A DNA stretch of 64,000 bases from Lepidodermella squamata (lineage: Eukaryota > Animalia > Gastrotricha), in NCBI GenBank assembly GCA_047495785.1, contig JBLDXI010000042.1:3596001-3660000 (forward strand), in the 5' to 3' direction. A program made the translations under genes and the position numbers. Each line of letters opens with the position of its first letter. The stretch's first letter is position 1. Shown one piece after another: positions 60,565 to 64,000 of the stretch. Under the pieces are notes generated by a model, which had not been told where the DNA came from, made no database searches, and worked only from the letters and a program-made list of their open reading frames with translations.

Positions 60565-62748
60565 TTGGAAATTGAACTTCGAAATTCGAAATCGGTCATT
60601 CAAGATCTCGAATCTAAGCTGACGTCATCTTCCGCTGAAATCGGAGCCTTGAAGGAAAAAGTCTCATTTCTCGAGAGAGAAAATTCAGATTTTCGCAAAA
60701 AAGTCGACGCCCTTGATAAGAATTTCGCCGAATATCGCGCACGTCATGAAGAAGAGCGGCGACGAACTGCGAAGAAAGTCAAGAATTTGCAAAAGCTGGT
60801 CTCAAAACATCGAGGCAAGATTGCTAAAAGTTTTCTACCACCGCCGCCGCCTCCTGTCGAGCCTAAACTCGATAAGCCGGCCAAGATCATCCACCCGAAG
60901 CCGAGCGAGTTCATGTCCGACGCTGGTCGCAACAATTTCACGACGAACAAGAGGAGCTTCGAAAAACTGATCCGAATCATTACAAGTTCAGCGATGGCCC
61001 TTCATCTACGCAGTCCGTCGGCTTATTACTTCTTATAATATGCCTCGAAAATGATCATTTTGCCATCCGAACGGTACGTACAACGGCTTGTGCCTGTTGA
61101 ATACTGGGGCGGGCAGTCTGATGTCGCGTTCAAATTACTTCAAGAAGAGGCGGAAACGAACGGCGATTTTAACAACAAAAAGGGCCTCGTGATTTTATCT
61201 TGCGACGAAGTGAGCGTTTCCAATAAGCGTTGAAATCGACTCCAACCCGAGACGGCCGTACAGTTGGCATGACGCTGGACAGCCCGAACCAGCGAGCCGA
61301 GAACATGCTCAGCTTCATGGCTGGCGACCTATGTTTGCTGGTTTGCTGCACTGGTTTGCAGGTAAATATCGCAAACTGGTCTTGGATAAACAGCGTGGTT
61401 GGCAGTTCGTTCAAGCACCCGTGCAACCCGGACTGGGAGGTGTACATCTTAATCGATGTCCCTCATTTGCTGAAATGCGCTCGCAACAACGTGCTGCACA
61501 AGCGATTCATAATGTCGAATGGCGGCTGCGTTAGCTGAGACCTAATTCGAGCCCTGTTCGATTGGGACAAACAGCAACAGTGGCGCATGATACCTCGGAT
61601 AACTCGGCATCACGTCCAAACCGTCTTCCTTAACTCGACTGCTCCTCAAAAATGCGAGTTGCCTATGCGGCCCAGGTTCGTTCGCGGTCAATGGTACGCG
61701 CGATCATGGCCATGTTCGGAAATAGCCAGCGAAAGTTGGTTGCCGAATTTTGTTAGCTATTCAACGACTGGCTCGACTGCCTCAACAAGTCAACTTACGA
61801 GCGAGCGAAAGAAAGCCGTAATCCCGCCCTCGTGCCGTATACATCGAGCAACGAACCTCGTCTCGCTTGGTTTGAAACCGAATTTGCCACAAAATTGACG
61901 GCATTTCAAGTCCGCAATGGAGAGAACAAGCGGCAAGTGACGTTGAAGGATGGCACCCAGCGCAATTACACCACCGCTTTTAACGAAGCTACGTTCAAGG
62001 GTCTAATTCTAACTTCGACGAATTTCCCCAATGTCGCCCGCCTTAGCCTTGACCTACAAGTGCCCTTCATCATGGCGAACCGTTTCAATCAGGACGGACT
62101 GGAGCAGCTGTTCTGCCAGTTTCGGCAATGTGGCGGCGGCAAAACTAACCCGTCCGTGTTCGACATTTTCGTATATGCGGCAAAGCGGTTGATTGCCAGC
62201 CCAGTTTTCGGCATTCCCGGCGGATCGAATGTTCGCGTGAAAAAACACATCGGTGGAATTCGGTTTAATACTACGATGCGCAAGTTGAAGAAAGAGATGA
62301 TTGGCAAAATTAACGCCGCGAAAGTGTTGAAAGTGGGTCTACCAGCCGATCTTGGTCGCAACCCGTTATCTCTGTCCTACATGCTGGTTTTATCACTCGC
62401 CGCCTCGGTCTAAGCAGCGACTCTGCAAATATCGAGTGGGCCGAGTGGGTCGCGCAGTGTAGCCGCGGCGGTCTTGTTCACACTCACTACCGCGTCAAGA
62501 CTATTTTGACGGCGATTTGCCATCCCGACAATGCGGGTCATCTACTCGACGACGATTTGCTGCTCTTTGACGGATCGCGCGTTCGAGGCGTATCGCAATA
62601 CGCCCGTGTGTTGTTTTCGTCGCGAGCAGTTCGATACAATCGCGATCACGAGGCGCTGCCGTTGCGAATGCGGCTCTACAACGCGACCTGTAGTTCGCCA
62701 GGTTCTTCGACTACAGCCACTGGCAAGAGGCGTGGCAAGAAGCAGTAG
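60565..62748 (+). pseudogene. P-element/THAP9-type transposase with frameshifts and stops
   Basis: Across frames: LRSPSAY, LSCDEV, DVPHLLKCARN, KMRVAYAAQV, FNDWLDCLN, RFNQDGLEQLF..R..GG..NPS and W....SRGGL, ending in the basic tail KRRGKKQ*. Confidence 0.88.
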
Positions 62749-62791
62749 GTGGCTAGGTGTCTGTTTCGCGCAAAAATCGCGTGAAGAGACC

Positions 62792-62828
62792 TGCTCTTTT
62801 CAAGGCCACAACGAATTGCAACAGTGTT
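62792..62828 (+). promoter_or_regulatory. Degenerate histone-type 3' stem-loop plus downstream 13-mer after the transposase stop
   Basis: 62788-62828 aligns ungapped with 5378-5418 at 34 of 41 nt. Confidence 0.7.
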
Positions 62829-63344
62829 GTTTCGTCCCGTGTTCCGTGTTGTCTTTTCAAAATAGAAATTCAACAATTTTTTGGCAACATTTTTCGATAA
62901 AATTAGTCTCGGTCAATAGATCACATCCTGAATTTTACGGTTATGCAAAAATAATTTTGATGCCCACTTACAAATCACACGTTTTCTAGGGTAAATTCAC
63001 AGCAAAAGGAGAGTGTGCGCGCGCCACTGTTCGCCTCGTTTCCTTTGATGCGTAATCGCGTGTCGAGTCCATAGTGCATTAGTCTCAAGACGAGATGAAC
63101 CTAGAAATGCATTCATCTCGTTAACGAAAATGATGAGACATTAAAGTTTCGTGACAGTCCCATTAAACACGGCTAGCTCATAATGAATCGGATTAGATTT
63201 TCCCTTTTGGACACCCTGGGATCGTAGTCACCCTATTGAAATTTAAAAACATTAGGCTATAACAAGATTTATGAAGAATTATCACATCATCGTCGTTTTT
63301 ATTGCTCTTTTTCTTTATAAAAAGCTTCATAAAAAAAGTTCGCC

Positions 63345-64000
63345 TCAGGTGTCAAATTTGTCCGGCATTTTGATTCTAGCTCTAATCTCAGACGGAGGTT
63401 TAGTATCAACATTATCCGACGTCCTTAAATAATAATCAGGATCAAACCGGCAATCTTCGAAATAGCCAAGCGGCAACCGTTGCGTTGTAGCCGATCGGTT
63501 GTTGAACAGCGAGCCGAAAGTCGACGCCATTTCACTGTAGCCAGACCGCGTTATCACATAACGCGTCGGCTTCGTCGCCAGCACGTACCAGTCAAGCAGC
63601 GTCTCCAGCATCGCCCGGCGCCTAACCGTAGCGTTCGCATCGCCAAAGTCGTTATCAATATGCCGCGGCTGGAAATCTAGGGCAAAAGCCGGAATTTTGA
63701 CCTCGTTCTTCAACCGCTCGACAAACCAATTTTTCACCTCGAGCGAGTCGGACGCCACATAGACGACGCCTTTGCAGTTTTGACCAACTGTCATCTCGAC
63801 GATTCGAGGCAGAAAGCACATCTCGATTTGCTCCCTAGTCGCCCGCGGCCATTCGTTAGATCTCTGAAAGAAATGTTTCGATGAAACTCGAATTTGAACA
63901 CCGATTCGGCATTTCGGATTGAGATCTGCCTCCAATTCGTGCCAAGTCCTATCGACTAGATGTAACTCATTTAACAGCAATTTTTTCGGTCGCTGAAGAA
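63345..64000 (-). CDS. Fucosyltransferase-like gene copy 2 (3' part only, cut by the window edge)
   Basis: Three amino-acid differences from copy 1 over 211 aa. Flanking similarity extends to 63144, matching 55941. Confidence 0.85.
   Translation of the reverse strand, partial: LQRPKKLLLNELHLVDRTWHELEADLNPKCRIGVQIRVSSKHFFQRSNEWPRATREQIEMCFLPRIVEMTVGQNCKGVVYVASDSLEVKNWFVERLKNEVKIPAFALDFQPRHIDNDFGDANATVRRRAMLETLLDWYVLATKPTRYVITRSGYSEMASTFGSLFNNRSATTQRLPLGYFEDCRFDPDYYLRTSDNVDTKPPSEIRARIKMPDKFDT

Noticed and set aside
58700-63140. Terminal inverted repeats and 8-bp TSD for the P-type element
   Set aside because: I could not find a convincing pair by eye, so the element boundaries, and whether the histone-like cassette is internal, remain undetermined.

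Overview
Eukaryotic, invertebrate-animal-type genomic DNA with short GT-AG introns, many tttcag acceptors and a high repeat content. The taxon cannot be fixed from the sequence. In order, the window holds: an intact two-ORF Jockey-like LINE lying head-to-head, 271 bp apart, with a solitary replication-type histone H3 gene that has a canonical 3' stem-loop; a Sola1-like non-autonomous DNA transposon; two intron-containing glutathionyl-hydroquinone reductase (ECM4/YqjG-type) genes and an intronless PQQ-like beta-propeller gene, which are horizontal-transfer candidates; several orphan secreted-protein genes (a Cys-rich triplet, an Arg/Ser/His-rich pair, a VWA-like gene); two catalytically dead astacin-EGF-CUB-kringle genes; an orphan Cys-loop ion channel subunit; three copies of a 1.8 kb PIF/Harbinger-type element, two of them nested in other TIR elements; a duplicated intronless fucosyltransferase-like gene; and a decayed P-element/THAP9 transposase. 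The most unusual signal is that the H3 3'-end cassette (stem-loop plus the downstream 13-mer TTGCAACAGTGTT) recurs just after the apparent stop codon of the P-type transposase, while the LINE abuts the histone bidirectional-type promoter. Together these suggest that transposons here may co-opt histone-gene expression signals; this is inference and is testable. All protein family assignments come from motif recognition by eye, not database searches.
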